NCBI GenBank assembly: GCA_965113315.1
Contig: OZ220365.1
Reading direction: 5' to 3' (one strand)
Length of the DNA: 64,000 bases
DNA from: Podarcis vaucheri
Taxonomy: Eukaryota
Positions 12,906 to 26,265 of this stretch are shown here, piece by piece (the stretch's first letter is position 1; each line of letters begins with the position of its first letter). Made by a program: the position numbers and the translations under genes. Below the pieces are notes generated by a model, which worked only from the letters and a program-made list of their open reading frames with translations, was not told the origin of the DNA and ran no database searches.

Positions 12906-14595
12906 GAAGTGCTCTCTTTGGATGCAATGTGTCCTTTCTCCATAGTTCATGCAATGTGGATGGGCAGCTTGCTTAATATTCTATTCTTCCCTCTTACTGA
13001 AGTCCATGGGAGGGAAATAGCATGTGCCAGATCTACTGTAGGCCTGGTGTAAAGTTGCCCTGTTGACAGGTGTGGTCACAGATGGAAGGGGTATGCCATA
13101 TAATGCAACTATATTCCTTTCCTGTGCCACCCATGACTTGCTTTCAGCTTTTCTGCTTCTGTATTGCAGTCATGCTTCTGCCTAATCGTGTTGACTATCA
13201 TCTGGCAGGTTTCTAGCACAGGAACCATATTTATTCAAGGAAAATAATAAAAACAAAACAAAGATCAAAATCTGTGTGCAGTCATTTCACCCAGTTACTG
13301 GGTTAATTCCCATTAAAATTGGCATATCAAGAAGACAATTTATTCCAGGTTCTCACCAAATCCTGTTTGAACTGAAATAACCTTAAATATGTATGATTTT
13401 CAAATAAGGAAAAAGGAAAAAGCCTCCAGGTTCCTAATGAATACCCATGATGGCAAGGCATAGTAGACCAAGTGCGATAAGAAGCTTTATCCACAGCAAT
13501 AATTCAGGAGCCTGAAAAATGCATAATTTATAGATCAAAATATTCTCTAGTTACTAGTTAAAACTGACAAACCAGTATCAGTTGTCAAAAACTGATTTTT
13601 GCTACTCAACTGATCATTGGCTTCTTCCTTCTCATTAATGTAAACATGGATATATTCGTGGGATTCATTGGGAGCTACTGGATAAGTGCCATGAGATTTC
13701 TGTTGATTTCCATATATAAAATGTAAAAAAAGAGGCTTCAACATTACAGTTCCATTTGAAGTCAAATGCTAGCATTGCTGCACACAAAAAGGAATGTGTA
13801 TTGAAAGTATGGGAAATTGTACTGTTTCAACCATCTACTCCAGGAATTATTGATGCTCTGCTTCAGTAGTGGTGTAAAACCTACTCCACATTATAAGGAA
13901 AGGTACACTGTAATACCATACTCTATTTAGTATAGATTTGTTTATTTGTTTGTTTACCCTATGATTATTCTTGCATCTATCCTTGATTTCCTCTCTGGTT
14001 GGTGCAACTGAAGTTTGACCTTGTCCACATAATCTAAAACTGGTTTACTGTCCTAACTCAGTTGTAACAGATGAATGCTTTGCAACCGCTGTACTTATAA
14101 CCTGTACAAGGAAGGCAAGCAGAGCGGAAATGGACCAGGGTTCAAAGATGGCAAGACTTACATTGGCTTGCTCCCCAGGCAGCACTTGAACTGATGATTT
14201 GAGGAATGGCAGTCAGGGATTAGGCAGAAATTTATGCTGGCTACAGGGGAAAACTAAGGAGATTAGCCAAGGAAAACTCCTTGCACCAATAGGTGTGTCA
14301 GCTAATAAATCCTGAACTGCATTAAGGCTTTTGCCTCTAGCTTCCTTGCTGATCTGGCTAAAAAGGATACCTTCATTTACTGCAGGCACATCTTTGCCCT
14401 TTCCCCTTCCTCCAGTAGATAGGACCTGGGTCTGGCATCAGAGGATTCTAGATTGGCCGTTCTGGCAATACTGCAGCACAATAATAGAATGGCATTTTAC
14501 TTGCAGGTCTTCAACTGGACACAAAGGCAAAATTTGGGATATAAAAGAAGTAAGCAAATAGATAATTAAATGCTGCAATGCTTAATTACCTAGAA

Positions 14596-14734
14596 CTGGG
14601 TTGGGGGACCTGTTGCCATCTAAACGTTATTGGACTCCTAATTCTCATTAGCCCCAGCCAGCATGGGCAATGGCCTGGGATGATGGGAGTTGTAGTCCAA
14701 CAATATCTGGAGGGCCACAGGTTCCCCATCCCTG
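14596..14734. mobile_element. Short palindromic hAT-type MITE
   Basis: Degenerate TIRs; internal inverted GGACTCCTAATTCTCAT / ATGGGAGTTGTAGTCC. Confidence 0.65.
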
Positions 14735-16385
14735 ATCAGGTAGAATGGGTACCATAAGAGCCTTTTGTGAGCGACAATATAACCTTGAAAGGCACTTTGA
14801 AGCAACCCCCCCAAAGTGAAGGCTAACCTAAAAAGTAAATTGACAGAAATAATACTTTTTTTTCCTTAAAGTAACTCTATGGTCTGCTCTGCATTTATCC
14901 AATTTGCCTAAGGCTTTGTTTTACTTACAGAAGTTACTTATCCTCAGATTTTTTTTTAGTCTCAAAGGTTTTGAAAGTAGCATACCATCATCCCAAGGTT
15001 ACATGTGAAGAGGAGAGATAAGGAGATATTAATTATTTGAACTTACCCTGACTAGAAGGATATGGGTTGGGGGCAGGGGCAGGGGCAGCAAACAGAAAAG
15101 GTTTGTCACGTTTTCACTGAATGCCTGCTGTGAATCTAACCCCCTGCAAGTCAAAGAGCAGAATAATAATTGCATGTTGGTTCACGTACAGATTCAGCAA
15201 CTCTGACAACCATGTCTCGTGACGTCAGTCTTGATTTTAACACAATTGTTTCCAACAGAAAGTGTTGCAAAAGGGATTGTAAAGTAAAATAAACAGAAAA
15301 GTTCTGCATTAACAGAAGATTTTAGATACATCAGGGTGGTGCCCTGTATCAGAACATAGAGCTGTTTAAATATTTGCTTTAATGCCCCAGTCTTCCTTAG
15401 CCCCGTATCATGAATCAGCAGAGATAGCATGAACTAGAGGCTACAATGCGGATTTTTCTAAGTGAGAGCATTCCAGGTTTTGAATTCCCACTAAGCTACA
15501 AAACTCAGTGAGTGGCCTTGCTCATATAATCCCCTCTCTTTCAGGGCCACAGTCAACATATTGCTGCCAATGTAAGTGACAGCCACAGATCTAGTTCCTC
15601 TCTCTCCCTCTATAACATCTAGTAGAATTTGTCTGGTGTCGTTACACTACAGAGTTCTTGGTTTCACTGCCCCTGTTATCAGCAGCCAGTGTAGGACAGT
15701 GGTTAAAGAACTGCAAAACCTTACGCTACCCTGATCCAGATGTTACAACAGGAGGATGGAACTAGCTGCACAGCTGTTGTGTTTTGGAGTTTGGTCCCTG
15801 GGCTTCTTGGGCTGCGATGCAAAATTCTGCCCTGGCTTCTTTGGAGGGAAGGTGGGAAACTTAAGAAACAAATATAACCTGATGACAGTGGCACTATACT
15901 AATGGTATGCATTGGCACAAAGTTTTGTGTCACTTCATTGCTCTGTTTCTGTGCTGTATTTCCGTGATATCTCTATGTTCCTCTCGGACCTTGGGCTTTT
16001 CAAGAAGTAAGGATATCCAAAATGTTGCCTGCAGGGCACTGCAGAGCTCTATATTGCTTTTTAGTTCTATAGCACAGCTGTGGAGGCTTTATTTTTAAAG
16101 TTAACACTTTCGTTTAAGTTTTAAAAAAATCCATATATTGCTCTGCTTTTTAGAAAAAAAACTCCAAAACCCACAGACCAACCCTGAGCTCTTCAGAACT
16201 CTGCAGGCAGCAGTCTAGGCAGTCTCATATTGTTAGGCATATTGGTCAGTTGGAGGACACAACCAACCACTAGACAGAAAGGCTGATGTGAAGCTGCAAA
16301 ATTACACAAACACACAAATACGTACCACCTCTTAATTAAGGTCAGAAAGAGACAGACCCCAGCTCCAAGGCATTGTGAAAGAAAG

Positions 16386-16750
16386 GTAAAGGTAAAGGTA
16401 CCCCTGCCCATACGGACCAGTTGTGTCCGACTCTAGGGTTGTGCGCCCATCTCACTTAAGAGGCCGGGGGCCAGCGCTGTCCGGAGACACTTGCGGGTCA
16501 CATGGCCAGCGTGACAAAGCTGCTCTGGCGAGCCAGCACCAGTGCAGCACACGGAAACGCCGTTTACCTTCCCGCTATAAAGCAGTACCTATTTATCTAC
16601 TTGCACTAGGGGTGCTTTCGAACTGCTAGGTGGGCAGGAGCTGGGACCGAAAGACGGGAGCTCACCCCGCTGCGGGGATTCGAACCGCCGACCATGCGAT
16701 CGGCAAGCCCTAGGCACTGAGGTTTTACCCACAGCGCCACCCACGTCCCT
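16386..16750 (-). mobile_element. Full-length Sauria (Squam1) SINE
   Basis: Minus-strand GGGACGTGGGTGGCGCTGTGGG head, GGTTCGAATCC B box and (ACCTTT)n tail; 13-bp TSD TTGTGAAAGAAAG. Confidence 0.92.
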
Positions 16751-17029
16751 TTTGTGAAAGAAAGAAAGTCCCTATTACTTCCCCCACAAAAAAACCCCGA
16801 ACCCATTTGACCGCAATTTGGCAGGCTTAATCTATTCTGGAGGAGCTATGGAGTGAAAGTGCATTTCATCCATATTGGTCAAAAGGAGTTATAGCTGTTT
16901 TTAGATTCCTCTTTATAGTGAATGGGGGAACACAGAGCTTTGTTTTATATGGAGCAGCTCAGAACATGAAACACAGATTGCAGCTGAGAGGCTACAGAGC
17001 GATTCAGAACCAGATCAGCTTTTTTTAAA

Positions 17030-17032
17030 ACA

Positions 17033-17088
<56 letters not shown>
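17030..17088. repeat. (CA)n(GA)n microsatellite
   Basis: Seen directly. Confidence 0.95.
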
Positions 17089-17090
<2 letters not shown>

Positions 17091-18135
17091 CAAGGCACAT
17101 CCTTACAATGCTGGGGGCAAATAGCACACATGACCATCACCTTATAGCCTTGTTCGTGAGCTTGTAGAGACATCTAATTGGGGCATTTTTTGAAAATGGA
17201 AGTAGCTCTGCTACTTGGGCCTTGATCCAAACCAAGTTGTCGTTTCTTATGTAAAGCTCCGACAGTATTGTTGAAAAACGTCTTTGTATGGAAATGGAGA
17301 GCCCTGTGTTTTTATAAAGACTGCATTCGCATAATTACTGCAGTTCACAGAGTGCATGGACCAAAACCTATTGAAATATGCTGCAGGCATGCCATTGATT
17401 CAACAGGACTTTGGATTAGACCCTCAGAATCGTAACTCATGCCGTGACCCGTCTTCTTTTCAGTATTGATGCATTGTTGCTGAACTCTTACACACCTCAA
17501 CTTATTTCAAAGTCCTGAATAGCTCCTCAAACTCCTGTTGTTCTTTTATCTTCACTGCGTGCTTGAACTGTTAGTATGGTGAAAAGAAAGGTTAGGCATG
17601 CACAGAGGAGAAAAATGACTCGTAGGTAGGTAGTTTCCAAGGCCAGCCTGGCCTCTAGCAGTGAGCGTAATAGACACAGGGATGTGCTGATGTTTTTGTG
17701 ATGACTGATAACACAGAGCAGTGGGACATCTGAAGGAGCAACGTGACAACATGCAGACTGAAAAGACAACAACTGGGGAAAGGACCTTGAAAGATCACTT
17801 ATACTACACTGAAAGAAAATTTGCTTTTTTACCATCTTAGCCAGACCACTTCACAAATGATCTGGCTATTCTCTAATATCATCAAAACAGGATGAAGAAG
17901 AAAACCAGAACTTGGATAATTATTCTTTACCTAAAACATGTTGCTTATTTGACACATGGGACAATAGAGGACATGGCCCTCCACAAAAGACCCAAACATT
18001 TGCCCCTAAGCTTTACTAAGCTGTTGATGCTTGTAGCTAGCTGCTCGGAGGCCTAGCTCCACAGTTATGGGTGAGCCAAGTCCTGAGCTGCCAGGGGATT
18101 GCAGGTTGTGGGCTACTGGGTGAGTTTCACATATA

Positions 18136-18361
18136 CAGTGGTACCTCAGGTTAAGTACTTAATTCATTCCGGAGGTCTGTACTTAACCTGAAACTGTTCT
18201 TAACCTGAAGCACCACTTTAGCTAATGGGGTCTCCGGCTGCCACTGCGCCGCCAGAGCACGATTTCTGTTCTCATCCTGAAGCAAAGTTCTTAACCTGAG
18301 GTACTATTTCTGGGTTAGTGGAGTCTGTAATCTGAAGCGTCTGTAACCTGAGGTACCACTG
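18136..18361. mobile_element. Tc1/mariner (Tigger-like) MITE
   Basis: TIRs CAGTGGTACCTCAGGTTA / TAACCTGAGGTACCACTG, TA TSD; same family as 25999-26224. Confidence 0.92.
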
Positions 18362-19108
18362 TAGCTTTATACAAACATAACAACCGCCTTGATGGCTTGG
18401 ACCAAAGGTCTTGCCTATTGCAGTAGTCTGTTTCCCACCATGACCAACAAAATGCTTCCAGGAAGCCCCCTCTCCACAACAAGCCTTGAAAGCATCAGCC
18501 CTCTTCTTTTTTGTTTCCCAGCAGCTGGTGTCGAGTGGCATTCTCTCCCTGAACGTGGAGGTTAGATATAGCCACCATGACAGCCATTAATAGATCTTTG
18601 TTTCATGAGTTTCTCTTACTCTCTTTTAAAGCCTTCTTACGTTATTGGCCATCTCCACATACCGTGTCAGTGAATTTCCTAAGTTTTGCTTTCTGTTAAG
18701 AAGTTGCTTCTTGTGTCTGTTCTGAATCCATTGTACTGGGTAGCCCCGAGTTTTAGTCTTGTGAGAGGAGAAAAAGGTTATTGCTATCTGCTTGTTTTGT
18801 ACAAAAATCTCTACAATGTCCCTCCTTACCTATCTTTTTACGTTTTACTGTTAAACTATCTAATACATTTTTAACAATCCTGCAGTGATCTAGAAACCCC
18901 AATGTACAATCCAGTTTAACCAAAATACCTCTGTTTTAACCTGAATGGATTTCACTGAATTCTGTGTAGGCGCCGTTGGCATAAAGCCAAGAGAAACAGA
19001 TTGAATTAATATGCTAATTGTCATCACTTTGGGGTTTACGTTTTTGAAAATCAAGATCTATAAATCCTGCACAGGGCATTAATATCAACTATTTCAGAAA
19101 TATTATAT

Positions 19109-19249
19109 GACTGCTGGGATAGCTCAGTTGGTACAGCATGAGACTCTTAATCTGAGGGTCATGGGTTTGAGCCCCAGAGTGCATTGCAGGGGGTTGGATT
19201 AGATGACCCTTGTGGTCCCTTCCAATTCTACAATTCTGTGGTTTTATGA
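19109..19249 (+). mobile_element. tRNA-Lys-derived SINE with CR1 3' tail (Squam2/POM-type)
   Basis: GGATAGCTCAGTTGGTACAGCATGAGACTCTTAATCT head joined to CR1-like GGGTTGGATTAGATGACCC..GGTCCCTTCCAATTCTACAATTCT. Confidence 0.8.
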
Positions 19250-19872
19250 GTTTGGATCTATCAGTATGTTTTGACTTCAAAACAGCTGAATTTTGTGCTG
19301 ATCCTGAATAATGGTCTGTGAAATGCAGCTGCTGCTTATTTTCACACCTGTTACTATAGTGAGAGTAATAACTGATATGAATCTCAAAGATGAAAGTAGT
19401 GAGAGGGAGAGGAGCGCGAGCCTGCAGTTCAGACTATTGCTTGCACCCACCTTCTTTCCATCAAGTGTATCAGGTCTGCACATTAGCTTGAGAGATGTAC
19501 TGCATTAGCAAGATGTCACGCTGTTCAGATGCTGTAGGGAGCTGGCAGTATGGCAAAAAAATAATAATGGTTGAGGCAAAACAGGAATGTGCTGCCACCA
19601 CAGCTTCTCTTACCTGGGTTGTATGGCAGCGCCTGTGAAGTGGCAGGTTCTGGCAAGATCTCGCTTCTCTGTTCATGGCGGCAGTGTAGGTGGAGTGCCC
19701 GCAGGGGCACTGCCTCTTGGGCTTCTGCTGCCTCAGGTGACTGCTTCACCGTGCTTCATGACTGAGCCAGCCCTGTAGTTACTAGTACAGTGGACATCTT
19801 GAATCTGAACCCAAACAAAACTGATTGGTCCAGAGTGGGTTGTGCCTGTTCCAGCTCCTAGCAGATAAGTAT

Positions 19873-20136
19873 TGTCATGTACTGAAGTTTTCACCCTGGG
19901 CCAGCAGGGGGATACTGTAGATAGTTTTCACTCAGGTCCACATATGCAAATAAGGGATTGAAAGTGACGTTCAGTGATTGGATAGTTACAGAAAATGGTT
20001 ACTGTTGCGTTGTAGTGGAGCTCTATATAAGCAGGCTGGCTGAACCCTTCAGTTCAGTTCTGTTCTGGCCTGTGAATAAACAAGAGCTGTTTGAAGAATC
20101 GCTGTGCTGTCTGATATGTTCACCCACAACTTAACA
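19873..20136 (+). mobile_element. Solo LTR, 264 bp
   Basis: TG...CA ends, perfect 5-bp TSD AGTAT, TATATAA 20024-20030, AATAAA 20075-20080; second copy at 35460. Confidence 0.9.
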
Positions 20137-20157
20137 AGTATACTTCCCTTGTGTCTT

Positions 20158-20257
20158 AATTCTATTGTGTTTTATGTTTGCTTAGTACGGAATGTGAATC
20201 TGGTCTGGGACCGTAATAAATTTCATTCATTCATTCATTCATTCATTCATTCATTCA
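20158..20257 (+). mobile_element. Very short 5'-truncated non-LTR retroposon end with (TTCA)n tail
   Basis: AATAAA followed by (TTCA)n; flanked by 14-bp direct repeat TTCCCTTGTGTCTT (20144-20157, 20258-20271). Confidence 0.75.
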
Positions 20258-22367
20258 TTCCCTTGTGTCTTCAGCAATGCTTGCATCACAGCCCATGTCT
20301 TACCAAGTGGAACCGTGGGAGTCAGCTCCTAGGGGTTGAGGGGTCTTCGGATCCCCAATAAAATATTTGAAGGGGCTGGGTCCGTCAAAGTTGATGGGCA
20401 TTGCCATTCAAATGCTGTGTGCGCACGGTGTCATGTGATCAGTAATGCGGGGCGGGGCTTACTGCCCCCCAATATTATATTCAAGTTAGCACCCCAGCAA
20501 ACTGAATTTTTCTGCCATCGCTTTGTGTGCCCTGTGATCTGAGTTATGAGCTCCATGACTGGGTTCATATACAGGCGCTGCGCTATGTGTTGGTGCTTTG
20601 TTACACTGTATATTATACTCTGTCATGGTGACATGGGTGTGACTGAGTCTTTGATTCAGAGGCAGCTTTTAAAATTTCTCCCCTTATTTGCACTATGTGA
20701 GGGGCTGGTGTAAAGTTAGATCATTTGGAGAGCATGTGGGATGAAGGGGCACAAGATAGATGACACAGGATATATGACATCTCCATCCTACCTGCCTTCT
20801 GCCCACAGCTGCAGCCTGTGTCCCGCTGTGCATCTTCAGAGGCAGAACAACTTTGTTCTGATGGCATATCTGGGATGTTCCTGCGGTATACCTGCTGTTG
20901 CATTCTCCTTGTATATGAGCCCTTTGACAGCTCCATGGACCTCAGCTGGCAGATTGTCAATACGGAATGTGGCTTTTAATTACTTAATTAATTAATCAGA
21001 AAAAAAATCTGCTGCCATATGAGTTTGGAGCTACTTTTGATTTAACTGATCAGTCTACTAAAAGTTTTGTAACCTGACTAAAGTGTTACAGTTAAAACCA
21101 CACACTGGAAAGATTTTTTTTTTAAATTGATAATATTTTAGTCATTTATTTCTTCACTTATCTTTTGGGGTGTTTTGTTGAGCATGCTAACTGAAGGACT
21201 AAATTACATGTTTTTATTAGAAAACAATAGGAATTATATAAAAAAGCATTTCTACCAAGCGTCTTAACGGTATACAAATACATCTCTAGTTTAAATTCCC
21301 CATCTCTTTTGATTGTATGCCCCCCTCCCAAGTGCCTTTCAGACCCTGGAACAATTTAGATAGAACTTTAATGCTATTTTGTATTGATGGGGAATTCAGA
21401 GTACAAATATATGCCGCAACTCAATGCGCCTACAGATTCACAGCAAGAATTTTGCTTAAGGCAGATAAAATATGGACTAAGATTTACTGAATTTTAGCTT
21501 GCAATGGAATATCACGTTTTTGACCTCAAAAGGCCAACCATATCCCACTGTGTTGTTTACTGCAAATCAGCTTGGGATTTCTTCTATGTTAAACATAGTT
21601 TAACACAAATATAGTTGACTGTATGAGAAGAGAACAATAAAATAAAAAGGTTATTTCTTTTATTTACTGTTGCACCCAATAAAAGGCAAAATATATTCTA
21701 CCCAGATTGTAGCATTTCATTTTACAGCAAACAGGTATTGCTTGAAGAGCCCCTATAAATATTATGAATTATTTACATACAGGATGCAAAAGCTGTAAAT
21801 TGTTCAAGCGGAGCATGAATATTGGATTCTGAGACTTTCCATCTTTTTTGTTCTCCTGGAAAATATATTGTTTAATAATCAAACAGAGTTAAAATAATTA
21901 ACTTTATGCCCATTGAACATACAAAAATAGAAGCTGTAAATATTCTAGGTCATTTTCTTGACCTAGAATTCTCAAGTTCCTTTTTATTGAGACTTTAGGA
22001 AACACAGCTGGGCACAATACAAAGGTGATGTGTACAATCACAAGGACACAAGTTGTTTCTCTGCAGTTTTTATTTCAGATGAAGAGTCAGACCACAAAAC
22101 AGCTTGCCTAGTTGTCAGTGGCAAAGAATGCTGTTTCCTAGAACCACAACCTAGGAAGCTAAAAAGTGCCGGTTTGTGAGTTCACTCCATTAAGCAGCCT
22201 TATAAACCATTTCAAAAACCAACTTTGAAACTTGGCTCTAAAAATGCTCCCTGGATTGTGGACTGCTACTCTAGCATTAGGCTTTTCATACTTTTTAAAA
22301 GTTTACCTGAAAGTTATTTGTCTTAAATATTCAAAGTATTTCACCCCCCTTTTTTCCTTTGCAACAG

Positions 22368-22431
22368 GAAGGATCGACTGCTTAGGTGTTCTCAGTGCAA
22401 AGTTGCAAGATACTGTGATGTACGTTGCCAG
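22368..22431 (+). CDS. SMYD3: SMYD3 coding exon (human exon 2 equivalent), MYND zinc finger
   Basis: Polypyrimidine tract + CAG| ... |GTAATC; 64 nt; KDRLLRCSQCKVARYCDVRCQ versus recalled human KEKLMRCSQCRVAKYCSAKCQ. Confidence 0.95.
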
Positions 22432-22726
22432 GTAATCATTACTCTGATAATTAGCTGCAAATGAATAATGCAAATATGTTACCCTTTTAGCCTTGATATT
22501 TTCCCCATTAACTCTTCTTAAGATCTAGGAAATTGGTTGTCATGGCCAGCAAAAATTATACATGCATGCACATGCACAATGAATTTTTTTAATGGTACAG
22601 TGTCATTATGTTGCATTTTGATGTAACTTTATATATTTTTATGTTCTGTATTTGTTTTGTTTTTGTGGTTCTTGGTTAATTTGCTTATGTACACTGATAT
22701 ATTGAATTATGTTGCTTAAAAATGAA

Positions 22727-22777
22727 TTATTATTATTATTATTAGTAGTAGTAGTAATAGTAATAATAATAGTAGTA
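22727..22777. repeat. (ATT)n(AGT)n(AAT)n compound microsatellite
   Basis: Seen directly. Confidence 0.85.
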
Positions 22778-22916
22778 TTCTTCGGTTTTGAATGTGGAAT
22801 TTGCTTTGCATTTTTTATGTACTGGTTCTTTTTTGCTAGGATTTGTTAGCTGCTTAGACAATTCTATTGAAATATGAAGCGGTATACAAATTAACTGTAA
22901 CTAACAAACTAAATAA

Positions 22917-23248
22917 GGGACGCGGGTGGCGCTGTGGGTTAAACCACAGAGCCTAGGACTTGCCGATCAGAAGGTTGGCGGTTCGAATCCCTGCAATGGG
23001 GTGAGCTCCCATTGCTCGGTCCCTGCTCCTGCCAACCCAGCAGTTCGAAAGCACGTCAAAGTGCGGGAAGGTAAACGGCATTTCCGTGCGCTGCTCTGGT
23101 TTGCCAGAAGTGGTTTAGTCATGCTGGCCACATGACCCGGAAGCTGTACGCCGGCTCCCTCGGCCAATAAAGCGAGATGAGCGCCGCAACCCCAGAGTCG
23201 GCCACAACTGGACCTAATGGTCAGGGGTCCCTTTACCCCTTTACCTTT
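22917..23248 (+). mobile_element. Sauria (Squam1) SINE with a short internal deletion
   Basis: GGGACGCGGGTGGCGCTGTGGGTTAAACC head, TTTACCTTT tail, TSD AAACTAAATAA; lacks the AAGTAGATAAATAGGTAC segment seen in other copies. Confidence 0.92.
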
Positions 23249-24162
23249 TAAAAAACTAAATAATACTTAGCCATAACAAAAACCAAACCAAACACCTGCC
23301 TAAAAATGCAAGCAGAAGTAAAGCACTATGTTACATTGGCCGGACTTTGCCAAGTTAAACTGTTCATGCAAAATACACACAAGGTTACTGGGTTCTTTTG
23401 CAGCAGCAGGTGCAGCCATGACAGTGCCTAAACTAGGGAAGGCTATGCCTGTTTGTAAGCAGTCCGTATTCACGATGTGAATGGATTCAAATTGGCAGTG
23501 ATCATAAAGATGTGATTCCAATGTCTTTCTAACTTTAAAAAGCACTGCTAAGATTAGAAGAATGAGACAGACGATTTTGTGTGATGTTGCATATTTCATC
23601 TCCTTACTCCTTTAAAGGCTGCATAAACAGTTGATCATCTCAGTGTCACTTCTAGCATATTTTAAACTCATTCCCAGCATTTATTTTAGGAACAAAGCAT
23701 GTCAGATAAAGGCTGGCTTCAAAGAACAATTTTAGTTGGCTCGGGAGGAACATGCCAGTACAGCTATGCAGAATGATGTCTTAATGATTAGAGACACGAC
23801 TGTTTATTTAGGGTGAAAGAAACTGGATTCATATAACCTTTGTTTTCTGGATACTTTTGAGTTACAGTTATATTCCGATAGCTCTCGCTTTGTAGTCCAT
23901 GCGAAACAGCAGATAAGTTAGAAGGGTGAACTTTCAGTGAAGTCCAAAACAATTATTTGAGAGGGGGAGTAAAACCAAGTTGAGAGTTGGAACTTTTCAC
24001 AAAAACTTGCACAATAAGCTAAATGCACCATCCGCCCTTTCAGCAGTTTTTGAGAGATGGCCTGGTTAAGCTTCTGTGCACACCTTCACTTTGAAATGGC
24101 TTTCTAGCATCATGAAGTCAAATCTGTTTGGGTATGTGAATTATATGAATATACCTTATACT

Positions 24163-24873
24163 TTTTATTATTAAAGATTTTCTTGTTTTACAGAAGTATG
24201 TGTAATGTCTCTCGTATTTTTTTCCATGTAACATTTTTACAAATCAGTTTCCTTTGTTGAGACATTAGGAAGAAAAGGGGTGGAGGGGGGAAAGATGGGT
24301 GGGGTCGGGTGGCAATGTTTCTATTTTGCTTAATGTATGTAGGGTTTGGTGTCAGCGTTGCTCGTACAGGTTCTCTGCTGTTCACTTGTGTTTCTTTGGT
24401 GGTGAGAGAGGTTGGAGTTGGCCTAGGGTGTGGTTGTTTGTTTGTGGTTGGCTGTGGTGATCTTTGTTTTCGTGTGTGAGTGGGGTGGGTGGGTGTTTTG
24501 GATCAGGTTAGCCATATTGATTTGTATGCTGTTGGTGGATTATTGTCATTGTCTTGTTGGGCTGTGTATGTGATAAAGGGGAGCCATACCAGGGTAAAGG
24601 CGTCTTCTTCTGTTTGTCCCCATGTCAGTTTCAGTTTATTGGTTAATTTTTCTAGTAGGGCTGTTTCCCATACTATTTGGTACCATTGGTCCATGCTTAC
24701 TCCTGACAGGTCTCTCCAGTGTCTGGTTATGGTGTTTCTGGCTGCTGAAAGTAGGTGGGTTATGAGTTCTTTGTGGTGTAAATGGGCATTGTTGTCTTGG
24801 AAGGTGTTTAGTAGGGCCAATTCTGGGGTGATGCCTAATCCTTGCTTAGTTATTTTACATATTTCTCGTATGG
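24163..24873 (-). mobile_element. 5'-truncated L1-clade LINE (ORF2 C-terminus and 3' UTR)
   Basis: ORF 24503..24820 (LLSAARNTITRHWR..W..LEKLT..VWLPFITY); A-rich tail; 16-bp TSD GAATATAC(C/T)TTATACT. Confidence 0.85.
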
Positions 24874-25998
24874 GAATATACTTTATACTGAGTCACACTT
24901 TTGGTCCATCTAGCCCAGTAAAGTCTGGCAGGGGTGCTTCTAGCTTCTTATCAAGAGCCCTTTTAGCTGGAGATGTTGCAGATTGAACCTGAAACTCTGA
25001 CTTAAGATGTTGCGACATCTTCACATTGATTACATGATTTCAGAGTGGCCAGAATTGTGTTAGCAGAATAAAGAAACCACCCCTTAAAAATAATGGTACA
25101 TGAGGATTCACCCATTGGGTCGTGAACAACGTACAAACAACTCTGGAAGGTATGCACTGAGGATTGATTTAGGGGCCATTTTGGCTTCTCCAAAAATACT
25201 TTTTTCACACTGAAAATATTGTGACCATTTGGTGCAGGTCTAGTTCAAAGAGAGCAAGGGTGAAATTAAAATATGAGCTGTATAATTTTAAACCACTATT
25301 TCATGTGCCAGAAACAGAAATGCTTTTTGTCCATTCAGCTGCTCTTGCAGATTTGTATACAGTGGCACTCCTTAATCCCATGTCATGCCTCTTGCTTCTG
25401 TTGTCTGCCTGCCTGCCAGCCGCTGTGCAAAACCTTAAGCAGAAATCTGGCATAGCAGCAGCAGCAACAACGAAAACCCAGAAAAATCTTTTTGAGGTAG
25501 AAATCAAGGGACAGTCAAAATTGGAGGCTGAACATAAATATTCTGAGGAGAGGATTACTGGTTCCATTGGGCCAGGATCAGAGTTGCTGCAAAGCAGAAA
25601 GCTCCACTGAAAAGAACGGCATCTTACAAAAGGCAGAGATTTGTTCCTATTCATTTTTCCATAGGAGATCAGATTTAGAGAAAAATAAGGGGGACCTGCA
25701 ACAAAATGTTGCAGTATTAACTGACTACTGCTGTTTGAGTGTTCTGGTTAGTCAGCCCTGCCTCCAGGACAATCCAGTCCCTTCCTACCCTGTTTTATGT
25801 ACCCCTCTGAAGAGTCAGTCAGCTTTCTGTGACCACTGAATGTATGTGATCAGTCTTCATCAGGCTAGTTCTGGGGTTCCCACTCTCTTTAGGAGGTATT
25901 TTAGATGCTCCCCAAATACCTCCTTATCTGCTTAAATGTTCTGTTTTGTCTACTTTAGGGATCCACACTCACCTATGAATGTAGGAAATTGGATGATA

Positions 25999-26224
25999 CA
26001 GTGGTACCTTGGGTTAAGAACTTAATTAATTCTGGAGGTCCGTTCTTAACCTGAAACTGTTCTTAACCTGAGGTACCACTTTAGCTAATGGGGCCTCCCG
26101 CTGCTGCCACGCCGCCAGAGCACGATTTCTGTTCTCATCCTGAAGCAAAGTTCTTAACCCGAGGTACTACTTCCGGGTTTGCGGAGCCTGTAACCTGAAG
26201 CGTCTGTAACCCAACGTACCACTG
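25999..26224. mobile_element. Tc1/mariner (Tigger-like) MITE
   Basis: TA-CAGTGGTACCTTGGGTTA ... TAACCCAACGTACCACTG-TA; homologous to 18136-18361. Confidence 0.9.
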
Positions 26225-26265
26225 TATTGGTACATATCGGCTAGAGTCAGACGTTACTCTGAACC

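Noticed and set aside
19109-19185. tRNA-Lys gene
   Set aside because: Acceptor stem and T-loop are degenerate and the head is fused to a CR1 tail, so it is a SINE.
25221-25654. Overlapping 129-aa and 117-aa ORFs
   Set aside because: No recognisable domain or supporting splice structure; probably chance ORFs.
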